Part shown: positions 50,851-64,000 of the stretch, one piece after another
Position numbering within the stretch: the first letter of the stretch is position 1
Layout of the letters: every line of letters starts with the position of its first letter
Assembly (NCBI GenBank): GCA_000934665.2
Contig: KZ538413.1
Span: 1 to 64,000 of the forward strand
DNA: 64,000 nucleotides
Origin: Catajapyx aquilonaris
Taxonomy: Eukaryota
Reading direction: 5' to 3'
Position numbers and translations under genes: made by a program
The notes under the pieces: generated by a model
Told to the model about the DNA's origin: nothing
Databases searched by the model: none
What the model saw: only the letters and a program-made list of their open reading frames with translations

Positions 50851-52946
50851 TCGACTATGGTATATGGCTCTATTCTATGGTATAAGAATACTTCTTGCAT
50901 TCGGCATCATTGATGGGAGTTATGGCTCCAGTTACGACCACTTTCTTCCTGGGAGCGATATCTGGCTTGGCAGCCATGGGGGACGTTCGTCTACGGGTGG
51001 AGGGTGTGGCTGGCGCTGGCGCCTGCTGGATACCATGGACGACGGAGGCTGTTGGTTACACCATGTCCTCTAGCTCATCGCTGTCCAGAGGTTCCTAATC
51101 GTGAAGGAAAGAACCTTAGTAAGTGCAGCGTTTGCATTTGACGAAACATTCCTCGTGCAACATATCTCTCTCTCCACCCGCCCACCACCCACTCCCGATT
51201 CCTGCACTCAACTGTTAAACTTGTTGCACATCTTGGCTGGAAGTCGTCTCACTGCCAACTAGCTCAAGCAAGTATTGTATGGCCCATTCATGGCGGGGAA
51301 CCAAGGTCACCTCTATTACCCAACACAAGGAGAGAAGTTCATTAAGACTATCTGATATACTGAACAAAGCACATACGTGTGCCTCAACCTTGAGATCCCA
51401 AACTTGCGAGTCGGAAGCTTATAGATAAGTGACAGATGGGAAAATCACCCCCGTTCCAGTGTAGGCTACAGTGTCCGAGAAGGTGACGCTGACGGCGTGT
51501 AATCGAAAGCAGCATATTTTCCCACCAATGCAAGGAGTCAATAACTGGTCTGCTATAGCCGAAGCTGTTATATCCGGAGTCTACTGTATTACTTTAAGTG
51601 AACAACCAGCAACTGAAAAATTGATGATTTTCTAACATTTCTAGAAAAAAATGATTCACAAATTATGCAATGCTCCCCTTTCTATGACCATATAAATATG
51701 GAAGAATGGCCAAATTGTAATTTTCAAGTTTGGTTTTATCGATTGTGGATCTAATAATTATGCAAGATTCGAATTTCATTATGTTATTTCATCTATATAA
51801 TATCACTTGCTTTACAATGTCTACAACATCAGATGGTGCAAATTGAACGACATATCGTTTTAGCATCAGCAGCTCAAAGATTACGTAGCCTAGAGGTGAA
51901 GAAATCATGCCAAATTCATGTGATTACCATACTTTTCACAGAATTTGCCCAATTCAAAGGCGGAAAATAAACTAGATAATGTTGTGTCACATTTTTTCCA
52001 AGTGACATACCGGTATTTATTTATATCCTTTCAAAACTAATTCAACTGTTTTATGTCAATATTTGCAAATATTTGAAATTGTACACTTTAATATTTTCAC
52101 AATGGACATCTAAATGCTTGGGATATGTCCTTGATACTTGCCTAACGCCAGAGTGGATTAACACAGGGTTTAGCATCTGCCGGTAGCGCGAATACTGAAT
52201 AATTATTTATAAATAATAATAATAAATGATGCTAGATCAAGAGGGTGGACACAGCAGGAGGATGGTGCGTTGCTGACATATCAAATTGTGTTTAGTTCCA
52301 TTGTGGAAATGTGGGGATAGCATGTCGGCATTCCAAAATATTTTTTTAGGAAAAACAAAAACTAGTTGTCCAAATGCGAAAATTCTAAAATCTTGATTCA
52401 AAATATAAGCTTTCAGTTATATTTTTGAAAGGCGCGTAAGAATAATTACGTCCATTGGAAAGTGTGATAAAATATTCGAAAATCACAAAACATATGTTTC
52501 GCCTTTGAGATCCAGGGGGTAGGGGAGCGGGCCAACAGCCTATCAAAAATTCATTCGAATTTTTTTTTAATGACATTTTATGCTAAAGCCACAAATTTTG
52601 TACTGATATTTGATGACTGTGGTGCTAAGGCTCAGCTCTATACCACTTTGATGTCATTCTTCAGGTGTACCCTCGTATTTATCTGTAACTACATGGATAA
52701 GGGTGTATTTAAATGAAAAGTAATTGATGGCGTTTACAAATTTTCAATGTGTCAACATTATTTTTATTTACAGCACATGTAATTTCACTGCTATAATCCA
52801 GTGATTATTAATTATTATTTTTTCAATGTGTTGGCCAACTGAGCAAGCTCTTTTATGTACGAAAATGATCAGCAATCCCATCTGGGCACTTATTTTCGCA
52901 AGCAAATTAAGGAGGAATTTTTATTTTTTCTCATCTCCTAGTTAAT

Positions 52947-53275
52947 ATTCTTTATATATTTCTATTACCCCGTGAGGGGAGTGGATTACCAACATTTTAG
53001 AAATAATTTTCCATTTTTACTTCAATCTCCGTGCAAGGACTTCGGGATATGGGGGTAGGGATAGGGATTGTTGGGGAGGGGACACTTATGCAGGTGCAAT
53101 GTCTTAACCTTTGGGTCATGTGCAGTCCCCCAGGAGGTTAGGTTGCCAGACACCTCCAAGGTGCAGTTCAGAGACCTTCCCGACGCAGGTGGAAGGGAAC
53201 TCCCAGGCGGGGATCGAACCTGGGACCTTCCACTCAGCAAGCCGAGACGTTACCATCTCGGCCACCACACCTCCC
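52947..53275 (-). mobile_element. tRNA-derived SINE, family A
   Basis: 15-bp TSD CATCTCCTAGTTAAT; A and B boxes on the minus strand. Confidence 0.92.
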
Positions 53276-53443
53276 CATCTCCTAGTTAATCTGCATTTTT
53301 TCAGGTCTTTATTGTAGAACTACTGTACATGCCACAGGTTCATATTACTTCAAATCTGCTCAAGATTATTTTCCAATGATTCAGCGTGATGGCACAATGG
53401 CTACTGCGTCAAAAACCTTGGATAAATCCACATGCATGGTTAA

Positions 53444-53603
53444 AGTCGGTTGCATCGCCTTCAGAAAAATTGTCAGTTGGAAAAGAGCCAGAAGTGTTTG
53501 TTTCTCAGTGTTGTCAACAATGCTATCAACAATGAATAACAAACTCAGTTGTCAGGCTATTTTCCAGCTGACAAAATTTTTCTGAAGGCGGTGCAACTGG
53601 ACC
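53444..53603. mobile_element. MITE (PIF/Harbinger-like)
   Basis: GTTGCATCGCCTTCAGAAAAA / TTTTTCTGAAGGCGGTGCAAC inverted arms. Confidence 0.65.
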
Positions 53604-55002
53604 TGAGAGTCGAGAGTTTTCCTCCCTGACCAATTGTGTATTGAAAAGACGGAGTAGGAAACGGTTCTTATTTACGACTAGCATCTGTTATAAAATTACA
53701 TTGTGGCATATTATTGTGTTTCCATAGGTTCTCACTCTGAAGCCTAAAGCTCGGGGATCTCTATGGAAGGAAAATTACCGTATTCATAAAATACTCTCAA
53801 CTGCTTCAACCAGGGGGGAGTCAAAATCACGAGGATGCCTGCACAGTGAGAGGTTATCTGGGAAACCCGATATTTCCATCCAGACTTGTTTTGGTTACCC
53901 CACCACGACTTCCCCCACTCCAAGAAGAAACCCCCCTGTTGCCGGACGTCCTAATCTCCTAAACCTAAACGAATATTATCATGATTGAAGTGAAGGGTTA
54001 TATCTTCAATTTTCATAAAAGCTATTCCGTTAAAATACTCTGATTTATATTCTACAAGTTACAGGGAAAAAGAACAGAGTACAAGATGTTTCAGATATCA
54101 CTTGAAAGTAATAATGCCCAAAAACAGTTTGCACTTCTGCTAGATACAAGTGAAGATTGCAGGCTTCCGAGTAAACACAAACCCATAACTAACACACATA
54201 CAAACAACCTAACAAAGAACCAATGCAATATTATAAAGTCGCTTATGGTGTGAAAATAAAAACGCATGTTTTTACTTACGTTCTTTAAAATATAAATGCA
54301 CTTGTTAAAATTTTGTGAGCATAATAAATGTACACGAGCGATAAAAATGCACTATACAGTATAACTATATACAGTTGCCCCATTCCGTGGAGAGGTGCAA
54401 AGGTGATGCGAACTGGACAGGTTGGAAGGTGGGGTAACCTCTAGAGACGCGGGGGTTTCTTTCTAGCCAGGCCACTGACCTTCTCAACTAGCCTTTGTCC
54501 TGTTCTATTTTCGGACTCTTGTGCGCTTTGCAGCTGTAATTTTAGAACCTGAACCGGATTCTTAGGTTTATCCCTTACAAGCTGATGACACATACCGCGT
54601 CGCTCCAGAACATTCCAGCTTGACTGACCTGGGGGCAGATCAAATTTTACTGCCATGTCCAGCTAACAGACCACCACGTTGAGAGAAAATTACTACAGCT
54701 TACATTATCCAAAAATAGGTACCGTAGTATTTCGAGGACAATAAGGCGTGTCGACGTTCAGTGATCTTTGGCAACATTTACTACTAATGATCTAGAAGTA
54801 ATTATCAAGTCACAAGCGAAGGATTAAATGAATTTCCTGGCCATCTGGGACATACGTGGGCACAAATATAATCCATGCAAAAAAAAAATTGCAATGTGGA
54901 ATGAGGCAATTGAGAGTACTTGCAGTGAGAGTTGCAGCGCTGGTCGGGCTATAAATTACCCAGGAATTGGCATAATTCATTTTGACACGAATTAATTCTA
55001 TT

Positions 55003-55370
55003 TAAAAATGAAAATAATTCAGAATTGGGGTTAGTGCTCCGCCCATTGATGGGCATCTGACAGGGTACCGTACCTTTTTGCTTTTAGGTGTACAGCCAAT
55101 ACATTTTTGGCCCTTTTCCGTAACGCCCGGGTACCGCGAGCGATAGGGGATGACAGGAGGGGATGTGCAAAGTGCAGGTGCAATGTCGAACGTGGTACAT
55201 TTTGTGAACTTCCCAGGGTGGATTTGTCTATCGGAGATTACACCCGAGACGAAGCCAGAGATGGACCAAACTTTGCACGAGAATGAATGGGGTGTCCCCG
55301 GGCTGGGATCGAACCCGGGACCTTAACATCCGTGGGTGCGTATGTTACCGCAGCGCCACTCCGCCTCCCT
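55003..55370 (-). mobile_element. tRNA-derived SINE, family B
   Basis: 14-bp TSD GAATTAATTCTATT; homologous to 28216-28593. Confidence 0.9.
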
Positions 55371-55592
55371 GAATTAATTCTATTCTGCTCCACCGAGAAC
55401 TTGGCAGGTTGTGGGGCCTTCAATCAAATTCCATTCGACTTCAATTCGTTGCTGTACAACTGAATTTAATTGTTCAATTCAATTTACAATATTCAGTTCA
55501 ATTGGGTTTTTAATGCTATTGGTTATTCAATATTCGCATTCGTCAAAATTTTCATTCCACATTTACTCTCCATTCGTTTGTTATCTGTTCAC

Positions 55593-55659
<67 letters not shown>

Positions 55660-55699
55660 GTTATTATCATCATTATCATCTATGTGCAGCCAATAACAG

Positions 55700-56497
55700 C
55701 AGTTTACTACGAGAGTCTAGTTGCAAAAAATATGCCTCCAGCTCTCAAGGCAGTGCTTGACGATGCCATCATTAATCGTGAATTTTTTGAAGGCGCGGTC
55801 TCTTAATTGTCGATTATTTTCTTTACTGTGCGAAAATGCGAAGCGAACATGTAACCTTGCTACTTGGCATCAAGGTCCAGTGGCTGTCAAGAGGGAAGGT
55901 GCTGAGTTGCGCAACGAACTGCAATATTATTTTTCTTGGACGTTGGACCACCCAATTCATTTGTCGTCGTGTTTTGAAAATAAACTCTGGCCGCAGACCT
56001 TGATCTACCTGACCGAAATTTTCGCGACTCAAAGGATTAAACTTAGGGCTTCAAGGCATCACCACCAATACCGGTATATTTAATGTGCAAGACAAAATCG
56101 GATGAATGATCAATAAGTTCCAGTTTTGGGAATGTTGGGTGCATGGAAGCTCCGGAGTACTTATTACCATTTGTTACAAACTGCACACATATTTATGTGA
56201 AGCTGGTTTTTTCGGCATTAACATCCAGGAAAATAAAGTACCGTCATCGACACTATGTTGAGAAAAACCCCAGGCTTAAATTGACGCCACTTGTTCCAAA
56301 ATTGACCATAATGATGTGTGAAAGAAAGCAGCAAGCACACCCATCACACTAAGTGATAAGTGCCCACAATTGCTATTATTAGGTAACAGGATCGGAATGG
56401 GGGTACTGTACAGTACAAACTGTCCTGACCACGGTGGTCTTGACATAAATTATGTAAAAATGGGTACGCTAAAAAAAACCAAGTTTGGGGACCACTG
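55700..56497 (+). pseudogene. Decayed Buster-type hAT transposase 3' part with right TIR
   Basis: Broken frames give ESLVAKNMPPALKAVLDDA, IVNFLKARSLNCRLFSLLC, LIYLTEIF and a C-terminal KQQAHPSH*; ends TTTGGGGACCACTG. Confidence 0.85.
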
Positions 56498-57327
56498 ACT
56501 TGGAGCATTATTAACATGAAGAAATATACATTCCAGATCAGTGTGTTTTTTATTTCTATAATATCCTATTTCCCAATTGGAAATGGAAAATTAAAATATG
56601 TAGAAAATATAACTCGCGCAATTATGATTCTTTCTGAAACACCCTGTACAGAATATGAGTTGGGGAGAAGGGTCCCTCATATATATTCAATCTTCGGCAA
56701 ACATGTTACACATGCGAATAAGTCAATCAGATAATAAGGTAATTAATATTGCACTTGTTTCATTCGAAGAACTCTGCTTTGTGAACTGAACATTTTTCGC
56801 AATATGTGATGTATTAGCCTAAGTGGTTACTCGCTTATTGTAATATACAATAACATGGCATGAACAGACCCGGACAGATACGTCGCCAAGGTGTCTAGTT
56901 TCCATCCGCCAGATATGAACCATGATAACAAACTTGGCCCAATAATCTATCCTCCCTGCAGGCAACAAAACGACAGTACCCGTCAAATTTCCCACCTTAT
57001 CTCAACGACGCCGAAATGTCCCCACCAACCCTTTCACTTTTGGGAGTCAAAGTTGATAATACTGACTAACGCATATGATGCAACATTTCCTGTCTTGCAA
57101 TCAGGACACTCAACCCCCCCCCCTCCCCACCCACAGCAAAGAGATATCTTTTACCTACCTTGTCCTTTTACCTCAAGCCATGAAAAGACGTAATATGATT
57201 GGTGAGGACAGTCCAGGTTTGGAGAAAACCCCGGGTAAAAGTAGCGTGAACCCTCTCCCCCCACCCCTTCCACTATCTCCCCCCTCTCCTTCCTAACATT
57301 CATGCCTACCTCCCGATACACAGCAGC

Positions 57328-57402
57328 CATTCGACCCGCAGTCTTCGAACTGTCCATAACGTGTCGTGCTGGTGGTTCTTTCTTGTACTTCGAAACTAAC
57401 TA
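57328..57402 (+). promoter_or_regulatory. Candidate core promoter and non-coding first exon upstream of giant
   Basis: CT-rich tract, Inr-like CATTC/GCAGTC, donor TA|GTGAGT at 57403. Confidence 0.35.
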
Positions 57403-58895
57403 GTGAGTATCGAATCAAAGTGTGCATTAAATTGCCCTGCGATATTTTTTTCAAGTTAAAAATAATTTAAAAAATATTTTGTGAGAATGTGTGACGAAAT
57501 AGTGACACTGTACATATTCCTCACTGGGTCCTATTTTTATATCGGATTGGGGATTTCAAATGCTTCTTGACGTGTTGTTAGGAATTAATTTGGGTGAGTG
57601 GAAAAAAAAGTGGTTTAATGGCTACAAACACAGCTATTTTAACATGTCGAATTTAACCATTTTCTAGCATTTAACTTACTGTTTGCATTACGACATATGG
57701 GAACGGAATGGAAGTGGATGCAATATTACCGTTAATTCATTTTTATTTTTGATGTAGGCGACTGCTCTAAGACATAGTGGCTGCTTGTCAGCATTACGAG
57801 TCAGCATTTAGGTAGCATCAAAGAGCAAGATTGAGCTTGCATTATTGGTTACGGGCTTCGGATTTTTACTAATCCTGATGGCCAGTTTCACAAGGCATCC
57901 ACAGATGCCAAAATGTCATTGGAAATAATTTGTACTTTGCTACATTCCCCAATATTCTGAGCAAGTTGTAGGCTTTAAGTTCATGACAATCAGTAAGCAT
58001 CTCATCAGACTTTCAAAAGTATACTACCTAGTATAACTTTCCATATTAATATCAGTGGCCCAATTATGGAAAGGGTCTGCATTTATGCAAGTGAAATAAT
58101 TTTTTCAAACATCATCCTTATATGCTACAGGTGGTTAGGTGATCGTTAAAAAAAACTGTGTGAGGATCAGTGTTATAGTTTTTGTGTTCCGCATACAGTT
58201 TTCAAGCGAGGCAGATATTTATTTATTTATTTATTTAATTCCGCATTTGATTGCTGCACACTTGTTATTTAAATTAAGTCTGTAGCATTCAATACTCATG
58301 ATATAGTGTATTTATGAAGTCCCAATAACGTAATATCAAATGACGCAGTTAATAATGTGTCATTATTTCGGTGCAACAGGCCTGGAAGAACAACCGAATA
58401 GTAGACATTATCCTAACGTTTTCATTTTAGTCTGAAAGTATAGACTGCAGCTTAATGCATTGACTTAATCGCGTTTTGGCGACATTGCACGCAAGGGCAG
58501 TAATAGGTGAACTGCTGATTGAAGACCGTAAAAATCTAATAAATGATAAAGACTCCCATTAACGTGTTATAATACTGCTTTTGTTATTATATTTTGGCAA
58601 TTTCTAATGTAATCAGGATATACGAAGGCTCTTCAATATTTACGACTTTTATTTTGCTTCCAGTATGCCTATGAAGTATATTAGAAAACTGATGTACAGG
58701 GTGCTGAAAAGTAACATGCACAAACGAGAGATGGAAGGGGAGGTCTAGGTATATATCGTGAGTCTCCGCAGCCTAGTTACCGAGAAAATTGGCGCAAGGT
58801 ATCAAATATCCTGGCGGGTATGTGTCCCTCGCGCGACCTAGCCTTTTCCATTTAAATTACAACGCAATTTAAATTTAAGATTCGACCACATTAGG

Positions 58896-59373
58896 CATTG
58901 CTGAATTTACCCCCCCCCCCCCCGGCCGCCCTTAGTTGAGATCCCCCCCCCCTCCCGTGCCGCTTAAAAATTCCATTTTTCTCTAGAGTTCTCTCCTTTT
59001 CATTTAATTTCATTTAATTTAAAAATATATATTGCAACATATGGCAGCAATTCGGTACTTTGCCTATAGTGGTAACTCCGGCGTTCAAAAATTTGAATTT
59101 AAAAAAATGCTTTCGCCTTTATTTTCTATTATTGTAGCTTCTTTGAAAAATATTTATTGCAACTCGCGGCCGCCCCTAGGCAATATTGTCTACTCTGCCT
59201 AATGGTAAATCCGGCGCTGCTTCCAATTTATTAATTATTAATAAATTATTAACTTATTAATTTATTCTTCGTTTACTTTTTTTTGTATGTCAAAATTTGC
59301 CGCCCCTTGAAATCTTCCGCCCTAGGCAAACTGCCTATATACAGTAGGTTGCCTTGGCGTAAATCCGGCGCTG
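58896..59373. mobile_element. hAT-like MITE with repeated right ends
   Basis: TSD ACATTAGG/ACATTAGA; right TIR GTAAATCCGGCGCTG occurs at 59205-59219 and 59359-59373. Confidence 0.6.
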
Positions 59374-60831
59374 ACATTAGATGTAGTAGGCAATGGCCTC
59401 GTCTGTGGAAGTGTCGTAAGCTGTAATCCGAGACATAAAAGATGTTACATTGTGATCCATATTTGTTGCGCTCCGCCAGTAGCCGCTAATGAATGCACAC
59501 CTATTCAATTTAATAAAGGCATTTAAAAAAGCCAGGGCTTTCATGTAGCCTACGTATATTTTTATTTTCTCACGTATGCAATAGACAGGAAGGAAGCATT
59601 AAAAATTGACTTCCCGTACTTATTGCAACGACGCCCTCATATCTCGAACAAAAAGGATAGCCGTCCAGTAAATACAGCAACCGTGTTGGGGGACTTTGCC
59701 ATTTTACAAATCAGCATTAAGATAAACTTATAGTTTAGTGCCAGTTATATCAACTCAAATTAAGGAGCAAATCACTGATTACGTATTGTAAATACCTATT
59801 CATAATCTGAGATTTTTTTCTCATTTGCGTAAGAAAACACCAGCTCTTGGCATCACATGACACAAAATCTGTCGTGTTATAAGCCCGCATTTCCGCGACA
59901 TATACAGTACAGTACGTACAAGTTTAGCCCGTTTCAGAAACTAAAGCACGACAATGTATAAGACGTGACCCCTATCAATTATTAATTAAGAAAAATGCCG
60001 CAGCCGTATCACGACACAAATCTCGAAACCAGAATTTTTTTATACAGTATTCTGTTTCTCTCGCAATTTTTTCGGTCCGTGAGATATTTAGTGTGTTGCC
60101 TGCCCAGCTACGTAAGCACGCCTGGCAATAAATTCCGAGTCTTATCCCTGGAAATGTACCGTCCTCAAAATAGTGGTACCAGGAAGACGTGATTAATTCC
60201 GTGCAGAAGTGTGGGAAGTGCATAGGACCTGGTGCTTTGAAGACATTCAAAACTAGCCCCTCCCCCACCCCAACGTCACTCACCTCCCCTGTAGATTATC
60301 AGAGTCCGATGCCACTGGGCGCTGGTACGGGCAGGGGTAATTAATTACAACGTTGGCTTCTCGCAAAACAATTCGGACCGCACAAAAACTATTCGAGACA
60401 CGATTTTTGCTAATGGCCAACCGCATTCCAAATATTTCGGCGGAATCGCTATCAGCCAGTGTTGTCTTAATAGTGGGTGGGTGGTCAGAGGGAGGTCAGC
60501 TAAGAAAATCACGATCAGGATAGCTTGGGAAAAATAATGGAATAAGCAACGAGAGACTGGTGCAGTAATGGATTGGGATCTTTCCGGGAAACGAATAGCG
60601 AAGGCAATTCCGCATGTCCCGATATAATGGAGTGATACACGCATTTGGTCGGGGTGGCAACCTCATTTAATGACTATTTGACAGCACCTGCACCTATTAG
60701 AAACTCACACTCACCACGCCATCACACTACCACACCTTTCATATGACCCCATCCCGCCATAGTCTTACTTATACTCGATTTTTAATGAATGACAACCTAA
60801 TAGAACGAGGATCACATCAGCATGTTTCATA

Positions 60832-61056
60832 CAGGGTGTTCCACATTCGTGGGTCGTTATTTATCACTGATATCGCCCAATAGTAGTTGTTTTTTGTAGC
60901 TTGTTGCGCCCCTAATTAGGTGCCCCATTCTCTAGCAACTGATATATTCGACCTCCTGGGAGCACATGGTTAGGGGCACAACAAGCTACAAAAAAATAAC
61001 TACAATTGGGCGATATCAGTTATAAAAAAAATGACCAACGAATTTGGAACACCCTG
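60832..61056. mobile_element. Tc1/mariner-like MITE (same family as 28749-29315)
   Basis: CAGGGTGTTCCA ... TGGAACACCCTG with long inverted arms. Confidence 0.8.
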
Positions 61057-63441
61057 TTACCATTGCCGAAACAATAGAATTTTCCAAAAAAATTCGATTA
61101 CCCTGGTAGAAAATGCCCACTTAGGTGCGTCAGGCCCAAAATGTGGCACCCTGGCCTTTTGGGGGGCTTGGAAAGTTAAGTCCAAATTGGTGGCAGAATG
61201 CGTAACAAGAAACGGTTCTTCCGGTAGCCCCCGCAGTGAGACTGACGGGCAATAAAAACAGGCTGCTGGACGTATGTTTCTGATTTACTCTTTTACGATC
61301 CCTTCCGCGACAAGTCCCTACCCTCCCCGCCTTCCCCTAGAAACCCTACACAAAAAAAGAGGGGACCATGTAGAAAAGGCGAAACAGGTCCAGAGTTTGT
61401 TAAAAACAGCGTCATTCATGGAAAAGGAGCGTCAACAGGTGCCTCCTGGTGCGTCCTCGTCTTCTATTGGATCGGGGGGGGGGGGGGGGGGNGGGGGGGG
61501 GCTCATTGATTCTGGCTGGACTTTTCGTTTTACGGTGGCCAGCAGTGTATGGTGAGCAGCAGACAGTATTAGGTTGTCGGATGAAGGCTCCTTCGGCGGA
61601 CACTCGGAATCTTGTTTGACGGTTAGTGTGTTGTCATTTTCTTGTGAAACGTGCAAACAATGGAAGAAAATCGGAATGCTTGGCTGACGCTTTTCTTATA
61701 TTCTTTTTGGTACCCTCGGGCTCTATTTTAAAAATGTGACTTATCCTGCGATAAAAACATTTTGAAAGTATGTTAAATTTGGGCTAAATAATGTAGGTCG
61801 ATAGAGACTCATGCCATTTTTTCAAAGCGTGATTTTTTTAAAAAAGTGTTCAAAAATTGGTTTCAACCTTTGCCTATACACTAGAACTGATATCGTTTAT
61901 GGTTAGCAATATAAGCAGTTTTTCGGGCTGATTTCATTAGACTGAAAAGGGCGGCAGGGTGACTAGTGATTTTGACCAGAACCACTTACGATTCAATCCC
62001 CGGACAGGACGAAGGGATTTGCTCATTATGAAAGAAACTTGATGGGTTTTCTCCATGTTCCCATGAATTTTCTTGAAATTTTCTTGTTTCGTGACACTAT
62101 CAAAATCCAGTAATATTGAACTACAATTTAATCCGGATGGGAATCGAAAATGTCACCAAAGAGGACACAGGCATACCATGGGTTATCATCATCATCACCT
62201 GTAAATATCAGGGCTTGAAATAATTTTTTAACTTAAGTGATTTTTACTTAATGTGATGCAGTGACCACAATCAATTCCAAAACTGCAAACTTTTTTTAAA
62301 TTACGTTTTATTCGTTACTAATGGGCTGTGAAAATGGCAAACTCGCGTATGCCATAATTTTAAAATTTCTTAATAAGGCTCATCCTGCTGACCAGATAAC
62401 CCATGCAGGATGCAGCTTGAATGTTTGGCGAAATCTCCAAAAAGTAAACAAGTATGAGAAATTCGTACGCAGTCTAAATCACAGGGCAGTGCGTATCTTT
62501 CTCACTATACCCTGCATATACGCACAAGGAATAACTGATCAATGGAATCGAAAATGGCACACGTTATACCTATTGCAAATGAGACGATTATACTGTGCTA
62601 CTGCGTCTGTATTCACGTATGAGGTCACACGTGGACGAAACTTGTGAAGTTAGTGTGACTGAAAATTCCAAGCACAATCCAGTTGTCACGAATTTGTTAG
62701 TACACTTCATATGGAGCACACGTTTGCTTCACTGCCTTCTCCTGGCCCTTTGTTAATGACGTACTCGGCATGTACTTTTTAATCTACTCTTTGGCTTAAT
62801 TATTTAAAAAAAACTCGTACCAAAACAATATAGCAAGTCTACTGATATGAATACTAGGCGGAAACTTTTACATTTGAAATATTTTAGCACAAAAAGTGTT
62901 ACGTCTTACATAGGGTGACAGTAATTGCCGAAGTCCTCACGATAAGGAGATTCTTTGGCATCTTATAAGATAAAAATACTCTTAATTGTAACTATCTGTC
63001 TGACAGGTAATTAAATTACGATTACAATGTAAGAATTGGCCGTAAGAAAATATCCTGCCGTGCATCTCGCCCGTCAAGCAAGCTTGCTAGACATATAGTG
63101 TGATATACAGGATGTTCCCCGTAAACAGTGGTAACTAATCAAAACTTAATTGCGTCACACGCAGTAATTAAGACTTGCCGCTAAAAATAATGGAGATGTT
63201 ATGGCATTAAAAAAATAGTTTCATTATAGGCCAAGGAGATCTCCCTAAGGTGACGTAGATTCGGAGTATATGAGTAGACTAATAATTAATTATTGTTCCG
63301 CTTCCATTCCACATTTCAGTGTATGGTAAAGATTAGGGCATGAAGCGGGTAGTGAAGCGTGACACCTATTTCAACATGTGGCATTCAGCCATTCTGATGT
63401 TCTTAATGTCCCTATTGTTCCAGGCGCCATTGTGTATCATT

Positions 63442-64000
63442 ATGGAAGTAGCCAACCTGAAGAATGAAGATGACACTAGAATTGTTCCTACATCCCCACT
63501 ACCTATCCGGTTCGGGATCCGAGGGGAGCTTCAAAGACGGCCACGCTCCTCGCCGATACCGATGGACACGCCGAGTCCCCCATCGCCTGTTCCTTGTGCA
63601 TCAACGTGGCCACGAGATCAAGCCCAACCATTAGACTTCTCCACCCGTAAGTGCTGGTCTCAAACAAATGGTTCTCCTCAACTTCCTACTAAGATGGAGG
63701 CACAAGATGACCACGACGAAGCCCTCGACTACTCGCAGTGGCTGCCAATGAACGGTTGTGCGCGCTCCAAAGCCAAGGTTCCCCCCCAGTCGCAAAATAT
63801 GATGAAGCTGTACGCCGGCATGATGGGCAGCCTCTCCCAGAATTACCTACCATACCAGTCCGTATCACCTTTGGCAAGCCCTGTGCCTCCGGCCCCAACA
63901 ACCCCTATTCTTCTGGGACAGCTATTACCAGAGATGAACTCGGAAACAACACCTGCGACGACGAGCGGTAAGGGAAAGGTAGTGCGTCCATTCAAAGCGT
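63442..64000 (+). CDS. gt: Probable gap-gene bZIP repressor Giant, 5' part (open to the window end)
   Basis: Acceptor CAG at 63421-63423; 186 open codons MEVANLKNEDD...; P/S-rich; CtBP-type motif QPLDFS; ends KVVRPFKA, matching the RPFKA(Y/F)P motif I recall from insect Giant. The bZIP domain would lie beyond the window. Confidence 0.72.
   Translation, partial: MEVANLKNEDDTRIVPTSPLPIRFGIRGELQRRPRSSPIPMDTPSPPSPVPCASTWPRDQAQPLDFSTRKCWSQTNGSPQLPTKMEAQDDHDEALDYSQWLPMNGCARSKAKVPPQSQNMMKLYAGMMGSLSQNYLPYQSVSPLASPVPPAPTTPILLGQLLPEMNSETTPATTSGKGKVVRPFKA

Noticed and set aside
57310..57395. Minus-strand exon SKYKKEPPARHVMDSS...VYRE
   Set aside because: Overlaps the candidate + strand promoter/first exon; the two readings cannot be distinguished without transcripts.
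61412..61656. Short ORFs on either strand across the poly-G run
   Set aside because: Frame depends on an ambiguous homopolymer containing an N; no motif; the + strand donor at 61552 is not phase-compatible with the giant exon.

Overview
Eukaryotic genomic DNA, almost certainly from an insect: GT-AG introns, tRNA-derived SINEs, many MITEs, Helitrons and two N-gaps next to poly-G/C runs. I could assemble four host loci by hand. (1) A gustatory receptor locus (+, 313-6742) with two paralogous N-terminal coding regions but only one set of three C-terminal exons (TYLVVLMQF). A near-identical 280-bp inverted copy of the second N-terminal exon lies in the intervening intron. (2) A minus-strand RRM + MYND + single extended-Tudor gene resembling the piRNA factor vreteno (9152-17510, 584 aa). 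(3) Head-to-head with it, an unidentified long coiled-coil protein gene (25100-38249, about 780 aa). (4) The 5' part of a probable gap gene giant (63442 to past the window end), which the ORF track misses. The rest is largely transposon-derived: a deleted Helitron with a PIF1 helicase fragment, an ISL2EU/Harbinger-like remnant with a diverged inverted partner, hAT/Buster and mariner remnants, nested MITEs and SINEs with target-site duplications (TSDs). Gene names come from motif recognition, not database searches; exon models come from splice consensus plus reading-frame continuity.
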